Source: Candidatus Poriferisocius sp.
Lineage (GTDB): Bacteria; Actinomycetota; Acidimicrobiia; Acidimicrobiales; Bin134
DNA: 64,000 nucleotides
Direction of reading: 5' to 3'
Assembly (NCBI RefSeq): GCF_965208475.1
Contig: NZ_OZ242338.1
Location: forward strand, 449,452 to 513,451
Every line of letters begins with the position of its first letter. Within the stretch, counting starts at the first letter, position 1. Positions 27,120 to 37,009 of this stretch are shown here, piece by piece. The position numbers and the translations under genes were made by a program. The notes beneath the pieces are model-generated. The model saw nothing but the letters and a program-made list of their open reading frames with translations. It did not search any database and had not been told where the DNA came from.

Positions 27120-28156
27120 GCCGCCGCCAGCGGGTCGCGCCCGGGGTTGAGACGACCTCGGGGGTCGAACTCGGCCTTCAATCGCTGATGCAGCGAAATC
27201 ACCGCGGGGTCGGGCTCGGCAAGCGAAACCGGCTCCGACACGTATGCCGACCCGGTGCCGACCTGCACCACAAAGCTGCCGGGGAATCCCTCGGCCCTCA
27301 GCGCGCCGGTTGGTACCCGATTAGCAGGCAAAGGCGGCGGGCCATCGGTTGGCTCACACCCCAGCGACCGAGCCAGCTCGGCCTCGGCCTCCACGTCCGA
27401 CTCGTGTCCCTCCAGATGGACCCAAACCGTATGGCCGTCCCACAGGATGGACGACGGCGAGAAGAGACAGCGTCGCAACTCCGTCGGATCGCACGGCCCC
27501 GCCAGCCATCGCTGGGTCGCTGGCCGGGGCCAGGTGCGCAGAATCACTTCCCCCAGCAGCCCTAGCGTGCCCAGCGATCCCACCAGCAGGCGGCACAGAT
27601 CGAAGCCCGATACGTTCTTCACCGTCGGGCCGCCCGCAGTGACCAGGCGGCCGTCGTCGGCCACATAGACCGCCTCCAAGAGGGCGTCTCGGAGCCTGCC
27701 CCGGCCCAGGGCATGCACGCCATCGCGCCCCACGGCCAGCACGCCGCCCACCGTGGCACCAGGCGCCATCGGCAGGTTGGCCCGCTGGCCAGCCTCAGCC
27801 AGCGCGGCATCGAGTTCTTCCACCGGGGTCCCAGCCCCCACTCGTATGGTCATGTCCGCAGGGTCAAATACCCGCACTCCGACTGGGGCTCGCACCAGGC
27901 GGGTCTCCTCGGGGCACAGCCCGCAAACCTCCCATTGAGTACGCCCCCCCACCACGGCCACCGGGCCGTCTGCCCCCACCTCGGCGGCGAACGAGTCCAG
28001 CGCCCCTTTGGCCCTTGCGATGGTCACTTCCAAAACTTCCGCGATACCTGCCTGACCCGTCGGGTCCAGCGCGAGACCGCATTCGGGAGCATGGCGCGGA
28101 CATCCTTCGGGATCACCAACCGGCCAAGCAGCCGGAGCAGCCTCGGGGCCACCCAA
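27116..28156 (-). CDS. glcE: Glycolate oxidase FAD-binding subunit
   Basis: FAD_binding_4-like region (VVGGRTQWEV..., TVKNVSGFDL) located between glcD and glcF. The exact start is uncertain. Confidence 0.78.
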   Translation of the reverse strand: MGGPEAAPAAWPVGDPEGCPRHAPECGLALDPTGQAGIAEVLEVTIARAKGALDSFAAEVGADGPVAVVGGRTQWEVCGLCPEETRLVRAPVGVRVFDPADMTIRVGAGTPVEELDAALAEAGQRANLPMAPGATVGGVLAVGRDGVHALGRGRLRDALLEAVYVADDGRLVTAGGPTVKNVSGFDLCRLLVGSLGTLGLLGEVILRTWPRPATQRWLAGPCDPTELRRCLFSPSSILWDGHTVWVHLEGHESDVEAEAELARSLGCEPTDGPPPLPANRVPTGALRAEGFPGSFVVQVGTGSAYVSEPVSLAEPDPAVISLHQRLKAEFDPRGRLNPGRDPLAAA

Positions 28157-28185
28157 AAGATCAATCTCGCCAGTTCAAACTGCAC

Positions 28186-29637
28186 TTATCCCCACACTCC
28201 TTCGGGGACTCTGGCGAGCGCGTTCACGTCGGCGCAGCTCGCTCCGGTGGGAAGCACCTTGCCGGGGTTGGCCATCTCGTCGGGATCGAAGGCCCGCCGC
28301 AACCGGGCCTGGGCGTCCAGATCAGCCTCGCTGAACATGAGCGGCATGTAGTCGCGCTTTTCGATGCCGATGCCGTGCTCGCCCGACAGCACCCCGCCCG
28401 CGGCCAGCGAGGCCTCGATGATGGCCGACCCGGCGGCATGCACCCGCTCCATGATCCCCGGCTCGCGGCGGTCGTACAGCAAGAGCGGGTGGAGATTGCC
28501 GTCGCCGGCGTGGAACACGTTCATCACCTGCAAGTCGTGCTCATCGACGATCTCATACACACGGTTCATCACCTCGGCCAGGCGGGTGCGGGGTACCACC
28601 GTGTCGTGCAGGTAGTAGTTGGGCTTTATCTGGGCGATGGCGCCGAAGGCGCTCTTGCGCCCCTTCCATATCAGGGCCCGCTCCCCGTCGTCGGCCGCCC
28701 GGCGAACCCGGCCGCCCCGTTCGACGGCCAGCTCGGCCACCCGGTCGGCCTCGGCCGCCACCCCGCCAGCCAGGCCGTCCACCTCCACGATCACCACCGC
28801 GGCGGCATCGGTGGGGAACCCGGCCCCCACGAAGTTCTCCACGGCCCAGATGATGTTCTTGTCCATCATCTCTATGGCCGCGGGCACGATGCCGTCGGCG
28901 ATCACCGCGCTCACCGTCTGGGCGGCGGCGTCCACCGTGTCGAAGGCCAGCAGCAAAGTCTGCACCGCCGGGGGGTTGGGGGTGAGCTTCACCGCGATGG
29001 CGGTGGTGATGCCCATCATCCCCTCCGAGCCCACATAAGCCCCCCGCAGGTCCAGGCCAGGGGTCCAGCCGTCGGCGTCGCCCAGCACCACGGCCTCGCC
29101 CGACATGAGAACCACCTCCGCCGCCAGCACATGAGCACTGGTCACCCCGAGGGCCAAGCAGTGGGGCCCCCCGGCGTTGGTGCCCACGTTGCCCCCCAGC
29201 GAGCACACCTGCTGGCTGGAGGGATCAGGGGCGAAGTGGAGGCCGAGCGGCGCAATAGCCCGGCTGAGGTCCAGATTGATCATTCCCGGTTGCACCCAGG
29301 CCACCCGACGGTCGACGTCCACCGAGAGCAGGCGGTTCATCTTGGTGGTGACCACCACCACCGGCTCATCCAAGGGCACCGCTCCACCGGCCAACCCCGT
29401 GCCCGCTCCCCGGGGAACCACCGCCCGGCCGTGACGCCGGGCGGCGTCTACGCAGCCCTGCACCTCCTCGGTGCTGACCGGAAAGCAAAGCGGCCCGGCC
29501 TGTCCCCCCTCGAAGATCGAGGCGTCCCGGCCCATGATTGAGCGCTCAAGGGAGGCGGCCCTAACCCGGTCGGCAGGCATCACCCGCTGAAGATCCTGCA
29601 CTAAAGGGTCTGACCCAGTGGTCCGGCGAAACCTCAT
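28186..29637 (-). CDS. glcD: Glycolate oxidase subunit GlcD (FAD-linked oxidase)
   Basis: PRGAGTGLAGGAVP FAD motif and C-terminal GVLSGEHGIGIEKR. Start set at ATG 29637 (or 29577). The track N-terminus overlaps the divergent ClC gene region. Confidence 0.88.
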   Translation of the reverse strand: MRFRRTTGSDPLVQDLQRVMPADRVRAASLERSIMGRDASIFEGGQAGPLCFPVSTEEVQGCVDAARRHGRAVVPRGAGTGLAGGAVPLDEPVVVVTTKMNRLLSVDVDRRVAWVQPGMINLDLSRAIAPLGLHFAPDPSSQQVCSLGGNVGTNAGGPHCLALGVTSAHVLAAEVVLMSGEAVVLGDADGWTPGLDLRGAYVGSEGMMGITTAIAVKLTPNPPAVQTLLLAFDTVDAAAQTVSAVIADGIVPAAIEMMDKNIIWAVENFVGAGFPTDAAAVVIVEVDGLAGGVAAEADRVAELAVERGGRVRRAADDGERALIWKGRKSAFGAIAQIKPNYYLHDTVVPRTRLAEVMNRVYEIVDEHDLQVMNVFHAGDGNLHPLLLYDRREPGIMERVHAAGSAIIEASLAAGGVLSGEHGIGIEKRDYMPLMFSEADLDAQARLRRAFDPDEMANPGKVLPTGASCADVNALARVPEGVWG

Positions 29638-29671
29638 CGGCCAGTAGGATACCGTCAGTGAGACACCCAGG

Positions 29672-31384
29672 ATGCAGGCGCTCCAAGCTCTCTTAGGCGG
29701 AAGGTTCGCTCGGTCGGGCGTGGAGCTGCTCGCCTCTTTCAGGCCAAGGCGGGCGTTCCCGGCCATGATGGTGCTGTCCATCGTCACCGGTGCCCTGGTG
29801 GGGCTGCTGGTGGCCGGGTTCGAGCAGATCACCGTCGAGGTGCTCCTGGAAAGGCTGCTCGACGGTCCCCTGTGGTGGCAGGCGGCGGCCCCAGCCGTGG
29901 GCCTGATCGCCGCGGTGGCCATCCTGCGCTACCTAGGGCGCGGCGCCACCCCGTCGACTTCCGACGAATATGTGCGGGCGTTCCACGAGCGCCACCCCCG
30001 ACTGCCCCTGTCCCAGCTCCCGGCCAAGCTGCTGGCCGGTGTGGCCACCATCGGCTTGGGGGGGTCGGTGGGCCTGGAGGGCCCCTCGGTGTACGCCGGC
30101 GCCACAGTTGGGCACAGCACCCAGGGATTGTTCGCCCGGTGGCTGCGCCGAGAGGAGACCAAGTTGCTGCTCACCGCGGGGGCGGCCGCCGGCATCGCCG
30201 CGGTGTTCAAGACTCCGGCCACCGGGGTGATCTTCGCACTGGAGGCCCCCTATCGCGACGACGTTGCCCGCCGGGCGCTGCTGCCCGCCCTGTTGGCCTC
30301 GGCATCGGGTTACCTGGTGTACGTGGCCGTGCTGGGCACCGACCCGGTGATCGATCTGGGCGGCCAAGACAGCGATCTCAGCATCATCCACCTGGGCGGG
30401 GGCGCGCTGTTGGGCTTGGTGGCCGGGCTGGGCGGCCGGGGATTCGCCTGGTTGGTGCGACAGGCCAAGGGACTGGAGCAGCGTTTTCCCATCGGTGTCA
30501 GAATCCTGGTCGGCGGGGCGGTGCTGGCCGGTCTGGTGGTGGCCACCGAGGCTGTGTTCGACCAGCCTCTGAGCCTGGGCCCCGGGGTGGAGGCCACCGA
30601 ATGGCTGCGAGACGGCGAGCACACGCTGCTGCTCATCGGCTGCCTGCTGGCCTTCCGGGTGGTTGCCACCCTCACCACCGTGGGCGCCGGGGGCACCGGC
30701 GGTTTGTTCATCCCCCTGGCTGTTCAAGGGGTGATCGTGGGCAGCTTCGTGGGCCAGGCCATGGGGGTGGCCGACATCGGGCTGTACCGCACGCTCGGCC
30801 TGGCCGCCTTTTTGGGCGCCGGGTACCGAGCGCCCATCACCGCGGTGATGTTCGTGGCCGAGAGCACCGGCACGTCGGCATTCGTTGTCCCCGCGCTCAT
30901 TGCCGCGGCGGTTTCGCAGCTTGTGGCCGGATCCAGTTCGGTGGCCTCCTATCAGCTGGACAAGCGGGAAGGGCTGATCGAGCGCCGGCTGGCCCTGCCG
31001 CTCACCTCCGCGCTCACCACCGACACCCTCACCGTGCCCCCCGACGCCACAGTGAGCGAGCTGGTGTACATCCACCTCCTGGGACGGCGCGAGCGAGAGG
31101 TGCCGATGGTGGACGGCGGTACCTACCTCGGGATGTGCGGCTTGGAGCAGATGAGCGACTTGGAGCGCGGCGCGTGGAACGACACGCTGGTCGCCGACAT
31201 CGCCCAACGCGATCTGCCCACGGCCCGACCCTCGTGGACGCTGCGCGACGCGGTGGCCCAAATGGACGGCAACGACACTGATCTACTTCCGGTGACCGAC
31301 GACGACGGCACCTTCATCGGAGTGGTGCGTGCCGACGACATCCTTCGATTGGATGAGATACTAGATGAGACCGAAGGCGTATGA
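29672..31384 (+). CDS. ClC-family voltage-gated chloride channel/antiporter with C-terminal CBS pair
   Basis: Selectivity motifs GGSVGLEGPSV and GGTGGLFIPL, multiple TM helices, and two C-terminal CBS-like modules. Confidence 0.88.
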   Translation: MQALQALLGGRFARSGVELLASFRPRRAFPAMMVLSIVTGALVGLLVAGFEQITVEVLLERLLDGPLWWQAAAPAVGLIAAVAILRYLGRGATPSTSDEYVRAFHERHPRLPLSQLPAKLLAGVATIGLGGSVGLEGPSVYAGATVGHSTQGLFARWLRREETKLLLTAGAAAGIAAVFKTPATGVIFALEAPYRDDVARRALLPALLASASGYLVYVAVLGTDPVIDLGGQDSDLSIIHLGGGALLGLVAGLGGRGFAWLVRQAKGLEQRFPIGVRILVGGAVLAGLVVATEAVFDQPLSLGPGVEATEWLRDGEHTLLLIGCLLAFRVVATLTTVGAGGTGGLFIPLAVQGVIVGSFVGQAMGVADIGLYRTLGLAAFLGAGYRAPITAVMFVAESTGTSAFVVPALIAAAVSQLVAGSSSVASYQLDKREGLIERRLALPLTSALTTDTLTVPPDATVSELVYIHLLGRREREVPMVDGGTYLGMCGLEQMSDLERGAWNDTLVADIAQRDLPTARPSWTLRDAVAQMDGNDTDLLPVTDDDGTFIGVVRADDILRLDEILDETEGV

Positions 31385-31402
31385 CCGGGGCTTCTGGGGC
31401 TG

Positions 31403-31621
31403 TCAGCTAGGAAAAAGCTCGTCGACGCTATCGGCAGAAGGGGAGTCCCGGTACTCGCACCATGGCTTGGCCCCAACCTTCACCAAGCGGCACTCCTCCC
31501 CGGGAATTGCTCCGCACTCCACGCACGGATCTTCGTTCTCCTTGAACATAACGTCGAAGTCGTCGCTTGTGTGCTTCAAGGCGCGAGCTTCTTCGTAACG
31601 ACGGTGGCGTCCCTTTTTCAT
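31403..31621 (-). CDS. Hypothetical small Cys-containing protein
   Basis: 72-aa ORF (CVECG...C...C) with plausible codon usage. No family recognised. Confidence 0.4.
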   Translation of the reverse strand: MKKGRHRRYEEARALKHTSDDFDVMFKENEDPCVECGAIPGEECRLVKVGAKPWCEYRDSPSADSVDELFPS

Positions 31622-31796
31622 GGGCGGCTCCGCAATATCGAGCCGGCGGCAATTTTGGCACCGGCAGTAGAGGGTAATTCGCCCCCCTAAACTTTCATGC
31701 GGGCCAGTCTAACCACTCTGGTCCAAGCCGTTGCACACCGCCAGCAGGAACAGGCGGGCCGTGAGGCCGATGGCCGGAGCAACTATGGCAATCACC

Positions 31797-32309
31797 TCAG
31801 GCGTCGAGCACTCTGTGGCGAGCTTCCTCGGCGCTGACCAGCGGCCGATCGGTGGACCACGGAAAGTTGATCCACTGGTCGGTGCGCTTGCCCACGTAGT
31901 CGCATTTCACCAGGGAATGGGACTTCTCGTACAGCACCGCAGAGCGCACGTCGCCGACGCGCTCCACGCAGAAGTCGTAGACCATCTTGAGGGTGTGACC
32001 GGTGTCGGCCACATCGTCGGCGATGAGGATCTTGGAGTTGCGGTGGTCTACCAGGTCGACGGCGGGCGGGAGCATCACCGGAACGGGAAGCCGCTCGTCC
32101 ACCCCGGTGTAGTACTCGCAGTTCATCACATAGATGTTCTTGACCGACAGGGCGTAGCCCAGCGAACCGGCGCAGAACAGGCCGCCACGGGCAATGGCCA
32201 AGATCATCTCGGGCCGGTAGCCGTCGTCGGCCACCAGCGCGGCCAACTCCCGCACCGCAGTGCCATATGAGGCCCAGTCCAGCCATTCGCGATCTGCCAT
32301 CTTGCTCAT
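31797..32309 (-). CDS. Phosphoribosyltransferase (purine PRTase-like)
   Basis: PRPP-binding loop KILIADDVADTGHT. About 170 aa, type I PRTase size. Confidence 0.85.
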   Translation of the reverse strand: MSKMADREWLDWASYGTAVRELAALVADDGYRPEMILAIARGGLFCAGSLGYALSVKNIYVMNCEYYTGVDERLPVPVMLPPAVDLVDHRNSKILIADDVADTGHTLKMVYDFCVERVGDVRSAVLYEKSHSLVKCDYVGKRTDQWINFPWSTDRPLVSAEEARHRVLDA

Positions 32310-32317
32310 CAGCCTTC

Positions 32318-33490
32318 CTATATCGGGCGCCCGGAGCGCTCTTCCAAGACGAGTTTGCCCAGGCGGTCAAAGGCTACTGCCGCAGTTCCGTCCAAAAGCT
32401 GTTGAACGGGTCCTGCGACGATGTCGGCTCGCCATCCCCTGAGCGCCCGGCAGTCCGGGTCGCCCTCAAGCAGTGCCTCGATGTCGCTGCGAGTGGCCAC
32501 CAATGCGGGGTCGAGCTCGGCCTCCGCGGCGTGCTGGGCTGCCCACGAGGTGATGAGGTTGACCGCGGGCTTGAGGGATTGGTCCAGTTTGGGCGTCTGC
32601 TTGCGGGGCTCTATTTCTAGGTCTTCGCCTCTGATCTGATCTAGGAAATCCAACAGCTCTCTGTCTGCCCCCTTGCGGAGGTTGCGCGGTTCCACGCCGC
32701 GGATGTCCCGCAGTTGGCTGAGGGTTCTCGGGAGGCGCTGGGCAACTGCCGCCACTCCCAAGTCCGACAGTATGTGGCGCACGGGCCGGTTCACGAGGGC
32801 GGCGTATTCCTCCCGCCACTTGGCCACCGCCTTGGCCAGGGCCTGGGGTCGGCCCGTCATGCGGCGGACTTCTTTGACCCGGCGCCACGCATTGCCGGAA
32901 GTCCGGCCGGTGTTGGCCCGCTCCAGCAGGAAAGCGCATTCCTCCTCGGCCCATTCCAGGCGCCCCCGGGCCCGCAGTTCTGAGTGCAAGATTTCGCTGA
33001 TCTCCAACAAGCGCTCCACGTCGGCCGCGGCGTAGGCCAGCATGGGCTCGGGCAGCGGTCTTTGGAACCAGTCGGACATGCGGGCCTCCTTGGGCAGGTC
33101 CACGCCCAGCAGGTGCTCGTGGAGCGCGGCCAGCGATGGTGTGCGGTATCCGATGAATCCTGCCCCGATCTGGGTGTCGAAGATGCGGCGGGGCTGCGTG
33201 CCGCACTCATGTTGGAGCAATTCCAAATCCTGTTCCGCGGCATGGAGCACAGCCAGGCCATCGCCTTCCAGCAAGTCGGCCAGCGGCTCGATGGGCACTT
33301 CCAGCGGGTCGATGATGGCCAGATGATCGTGCCAGGCAATCTGAACCAGCGCCACCATGGGGTAGTAGGTGCGCTCGCGGTGGAACTCGGTGTCGAGGGC
33401 ATAGGCGTCGGCGGCTGCGGCATCGGCCACCACTGCCGCTAGTTCTCGCCGCGAGGTGATCGGCTCAGGGGGGTCGGAACCGCGTCTCAA
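32318..33490 (-). CDS. rnd: Ribonuclease D
   Basis: DEDD exonuclease motif YALDTEFHRER, ...LHAAEQDLELL..., YAAADVERL, and an HRDC-like C-terminal region. Start is tentatively TTG 33490, overlapping the rhodanese TGA (ATTGA). The track ORF start 33625 overlaps the rhodanese gene. Confidence 0.8.
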   Translation of the reverse strand: MRRGSDPPEPITSRRELAAVVADAAAADAYALDTEFHRERTYYPMVALVQIAWHDHLAIIDPLEVPIEPLADLLEGDGLAVLHAAEQDLELLQHECGTQPRRIFDTQIGAGFIGYRTPSLAALHEHLLGVDLPKEARMSDWFQRPLPEPMLAYAAADVERLLEISEILHSELRARGRLEWAEEECAFLLERANTGRTSGNAWRRVKEVRRMTGRPQALAKAVAKWREEYAALVNRPVRHILSDLGVAAVAQRLPRTLSQLRDIRGVEPRNLRKGADRELLDFLDQIRGEDLEIEPRKQTPKLDQSLKPAVNLITSWAAQHAAEAELDPALVATRSDIEALLEGDPDCRALRGWRADIVAGPVQQLLDGTAAVAFDRLGKLVLEERSGRPI

Positions 33491-33807
33491 TCGCTTGTCG
33501 GCCCGGAGTCGAAGGGGTAGCCGGCTTCTACCCACCCGTTGGTACCGCCGGCCACGTTGGTACACGCCCAGCCATGGGCCGCCAGATACTCGGCGGCCTT
33601 CAGGCTTCGCCCACCCATGGCGCAAATCATGTACAGGTGCTGGTCGGGCAGTTCCCGGGTCCGTTCGGGGACGGTGGCCAGGGGTATGAGAACCGCACCG
33701 GGCACCCGGGCTTCGGCGTACTCGTCGGGCTCCCGCACGTCGATGAGCGCGATGTCGTCTGTCAGCAGTGCGGCCAGTTCTGCCACCCCGATCTCAGGGA
33801 TTTCCAC
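33487..33807 (-). CDS. Rhodanese-domain sulfurtransferase
   Basis: 106 aa with LIDVREPDEY and the active-site loop ICAMGGRS. Confidence 0.85.
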   Translation of the reverse strand: MEIPEIGVAELAALLTDDIALIDVREPDEYAEARVPGAVLIPLATVPERTRELPDQHLYMICAMGGRSLKAAEYLAAHGWACTNVAGGTNGWVEAGYPFDSGPTSD

Positions 33808-33817
33808 CTCGCTGAGG

Positions 33818-34375
33818 TTAGTGGCCCAACCAGAGGTCTTCGGGACTGTCGAGGTCTGCCACGGCCGTTGGTGAAGCTGCTACGTCGATAACAGTCACTG
33901 CATCGAGCAGCGAGGCAACGGAGCGCCGGCCGGATTCGAACAGGCCCCTGGCCAGTGAGGCTGCTCCAGAGTCGATGGCCAAGGGCAGATAGTGGCGGCG
34001 GCGCTGGTCGGTGAAAATCGCAGCTGAGGGCCCAGCCCCCGCCGGCCCATGGGGAACAGCCTGCACAAGCGCAGCCACATCCGCGGGGCTGACGGCGGGA
34101 AGGTCGCAGGGCAAGATCACCGTCACCGGATGACGGGCCCGGCCGAGCGCGGTGACCACTGCCCCCAGCGGGCCCTCACCAGGCCAGCGGTCGGCTATGT
34201 GCCAGGCATCGGCGGCGGCGGCGGCCTCTTTCAGCCGGGGATCAGTCCCGCCAACCACAAGTCGCTGGGCGGCTTCAGCCAGTGCGGCCAGAGCTCGGGC
34301 AATCAGCCACTGGCCCCCCACCTCGATGAAGGCCTTGTCGGTGCCCATTCGCCGGCTCTGCCCCCCGGCCAGCAC
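33818..34375 (-). CDS. mobA: Molybdenum cofactor guanylyltransferase (MobA-like NTP transferase)
   Basis: LAGGQSRRMGTDKAF signature. Start is tentatively GTG 34375. The track ORF 33818..34861 extends in an alternate frame over the flavin reductase gene. Confidence 0.72.
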   Translation of the reverse strand: MLAGGQSRRMGTDKAFIEVGGQWLIARALAALAEAAQRLVVGGTDPRLKEAAAAADAWHIADRWPGEGPLGAVVTALGRARHPVTVILPCDLPAVSPADVAALVQAVPHGPAGAGPSAAIFTDQRRRHYLPLAIDSGAASLARGLFESGRRSVASLLDAVTVIDVAASPTAVADLDSPEDLWLGH

Positions 34376-34401
34376 CGCGCCGGTGAATTCCCTGGAGATC
34401 T

Positions 34402-34965
34402 CTATCCCCCGTAGTTCATGCGGGTGTCCTCCATGCGGAGCACGGGGGTGTCCTCGTCGGCCTGGAAGCCGCAATCCACCACCTCGCCGATGAACAGGGT
34501 GTGAGCCCCGGTGACCACCGCGTTGCGCACCTCGCAGTCGAGATAGGCGGGAGCGCAGTCCAAGATGGGTGCGCCGGTAACCCCGTCGTGGAACGCGAAG
34601 CCGTTGAGCGTCATGGCCGCAAGATCCACCTCGACCGGCTTGGTGAACTTTCGCACGATGGCCCGGTCCTCTCGGGCAACGGTACACAGGCTGAACACTC
34701 CGCCCGCAGAGATGAGCTCGTGGGTGTAAGCCGGATGCTCCACCCCGATCCCCACCAGCTTGGGCTCGAAGGCCAGCTGCGCAGCCCAGTTGAGGGTCAT
34801 GCCGTTGCGACGCTCCCCCGCCCGCGACCCCACCACGTACAGGCCGTAGGGCAGGCTCCACAGCACCCTGCGGCGAAGCCGGTCATAGGAGTCCTGGGCC
34901 TCGGGATCGTTCCCCACATGCTCTGGGAATGGACCGACGGGCCCGGTGCCCCCTGGTGCGGCCAT
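34402..34965 (-). CDS. Flavin reductase-like FMN-binding protein
   Basis: LPYGLYVVGSR...GMTLNWAAQLAFEPKLV split-barrel flavin reductase pattern. Confidence 0.85.
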   Translation of the reverse strand: MAAPGGTGPVGPFPEHVGNDPEAQDSYDRLRRRVLWSLPYGLYVVGSRAGERRNGMTLNWAAQLAFEPKLVGIGVEHPAYTHELISAGGVFSLCTVAREDRAIVRKFTKPVEVDLAAMTLNGFAFHDGVTGAPILDCAPAYLDCEVRNAVVTGAHTLFIGEVVDCGFQADEDTPVLRMEDTRMNYGG

Positions 34966-35027
34966 GTCATGGCCTCCGATGCTCTCGGGGGGAAACAGTG
35001 GTCGGTCCGGCTACCGGGTGGTGCAAG

Positions 35028-35474
35028 TCATGTCCTCCAGTCCGTTGGAGGCCATGACGGGTCGAGTTGGTGCAAAAAGAGCAGGCATCGCTCCTCTTCG
35101 TCCCTCTCGCCGATCGCGGCCGCAGTGGCCTGAAGCCCGGCCAGTGCCCGCAAGAAGCCCCGGTTAACCTCATGGGTCCAGCGCACATAGCCCGATCCCC
35201 TCCAGCCGTTCTGGCGCAGCCGGTCCAACCCCCGGTGATAGCCCACTCGGAAAGCGGCATACGCCTCCGCACGGTCGTGGGCCAACAGCCCCAACCGGGC
35301 CCAGCCGTCCAAGAAACGGGGAAACTGGGCCACCACCTCGGCCACCGCATCCCTTCTTCGCTCCTCGGGCTGATTCATCGCCTGGGCCAACGCGGCCACC
35401 GCCTGCGGCGGCTCCGGGTCCAAGATCGTCTCGGGCGGGCCAGACCGGGTGAGATTCACCGGTGCATCGCTCAT
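35028..35474 (-). CDS. DUF3151 family protein
   Basis: AFRVGYHRGLDRLRQNGWRGSGYVRWTHEVNRGFLRAL matches the conserved DUF3151 core as I remember it. Confidence 0.72.
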   Translation of the reverse strand: MSDAPVNLTRSGPPETILDPEPPQAVAALAQAMNQPEERRRDAVAEVVAQFPRFLDGWARLGLLAHDRAEAYAAFRVGYHRGLDRLRQNGWRGSGYVRWTHEVNRGFLRALAGLQATAAAIGERDEEERCLLFLHQLDPSWPPTDWRT

Positions 35475-35493
35475 GCCCGCAATCCTTCTACGG

Positions 35494-36921
35494 TCAGCGG
35501 ATGCGCACCAAGCGCAGCACGTCGGTGGCCTCGGTCATGCCGGCCACCACCGCCACCACATCGCCGGGCAAGATGTGGCCGGTTTCCTTGGCCAGATCAA
35601 GGGCCTCGGCCACCCGAGCTTCGTAGCCCCCTGTCTCGTGGGCCAACATGGGGGTGACCCCCCAGCTCAGCGTCAGTTGCTGGATGGTGCGCGCTGAAGT
35701 GCTGAACCCCAAGATGGCCGCCTGGGGGCGGAACCTTGCCATTGACCGCACGGTGAAACCCGATGCCGAGATGCACACAATGGCGGCCAATTTCAACTCG
35801 TTGGCCGCAGTGGCCGCCGCGCCGGTCATGGCGTCGGTAACCGAGGTGGGCGCGTCGACGTCGGTCATGCGCAGGCGGCGGATGTTCTCCCCCCAGCGCA
35901 CGTAGTCGAACTCCTCGTCGGCCCGCTCGGCGATTCGGGCCATGGTGGCCACCGTGGCCGCGGGGTGGGCGCCGATGGCGGTCTCGGCCGAGAGCATTAC
36001 CGCGCTGGTGCCATCGAACACCGCATTGGCCACATCCGACACCTCGGCTCTGGTCGGCGTCGATGCCTGGACCATGGAGTCCAGCATCTGGGTGGCGGTG
36101 ATCACCGGCAAGCCACCGGCGATGCAGTCCCGGATGATCCGCTTTTGAAGGTGAGGTGTTTCCTCCATGAGGCACTCGGTGCCCAGATCGCCGCGGGCCA
36201 CCATTATGCCCGCCGAGGCTTCGATGATGTCCTCTAGGTTTTGAACGGCCGCTTGGGTCTCGATCTTGGCAATCACCAGCGGGCCTTCGGGATGGGGCGC
36301 CACATTTACCCGCCGGATGTCGTCGCCCGACCGCACGAAGGAGACCGCCACCATGTCCACCGACTCGCCCACGAACGCGTCCAGGTTGCGCAGATCTTCC
36401 GGGGTCGGCGTGGACAAGCTGAGGCGGTCTGAGGGGATGCGGAAACCGGGCCGCCCATGGATCACATCGCCGTGGAGGACCAGGCCGGTGGCCCTGTCGG
36501 CGCCGACATCGACGATCTGCAAGAGCACCTGCCCGTCTCCCAGCGCAACCTGGTCGCCCGCGGCGATGTCGTGGAAGAGGCTGTCGTAGTCCACCTCCAC
36601 CACATCGGCGGTGCTCTTTGCGTCTCCAATCCTGATCTCCACCTCGGTGTCGGCCAGCAGCTCCACCCCTTCAGAGCCGAAGCTGGCCGTGCGCACTTTC
36701 GGGCCGGGCAGGTCTACCAGCACGCCTACCCGCCGTCCGGCCTCTTGAGACACTTGGCGCACCCGGTGCATCCGCCCCAGAGCTTCTTCCAGCGTCCCGT
36801 GGGCCAGTCCGATACGAGCCACGTCCATGCCGGCGTCCACCAAGGCTCGCAGCGCCTCCGGGGATTCCGATGCCGGGCCTATTGTGGCGATGATCTTGGT
36901 ACGGCGGGGCACGAGGTTCAA
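35494..36921 (-). CDS. pyk: Pyruvate kinase
   Basis: RRTKIIATIGPAS, IAKIE, MVARGDLG and TQMLDSM motifs. 475 aa. Confidence 0.95.
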   Translation of the reverse strand: MNLVPRRTKIIATIGPASESPEALRALVDAGMDVARIGLAHGTLEEALGRMHRVRQVSQEAGRRVGVLVDLPGPKVRTASFGSEGVELLADTEVEIRIGDAKSTADVVEVDYDSLFHDIAAGDQVALGDGQVLLQIVDVGADRATGLVLHGDVIHGRPGFRIPSDRLSLSTPTPEDLRNLDAFVGESVDMVAVSFVRSGDDIRRVNVAPHPEGPLVIAKIETQAAVQNLEDIIEASAGIMVARGDLGTECLMEETPHLQKRIIRDCIAGGLPVITATQMLDSMVQASTPTRAEVSDVANAVFDGTSAVMLSAETAIGAHPAATVATMARIAERADEEFDYVRWGENIRRLRMTDVDAPTSVTDAMTGAAATAANELKLAAIVCISASGFTVRSMARFRPQAAILGFSTSARTIQQLTLSWGVTPMLAHETGGYEARVAEALDLAKETGHILPGDVVAVVAGMTEATDVLRLVRIR

Positions 36922-36942
36922 CGCTATCGCCCAGCAGGGCAG

Positions 36943-36981
36943 ATGCCGCGGTCTAATGCCGCGGTCTAATGTTGCGGTCTA
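36943..36981. repeat. 13-nt tandem repeat x3 between pyk start and the upstream gene stop
   Basis: ATGCCGCGGTCTA, ATGCCGCGGTCTA, ATGTTGCGGTCTA at 36943, 36956 and 36969. Confidence 0.9.
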
Positions 36982-37009
36982 TAAGAGGCAGGCGACCCGC
37001 AATAGGCGG

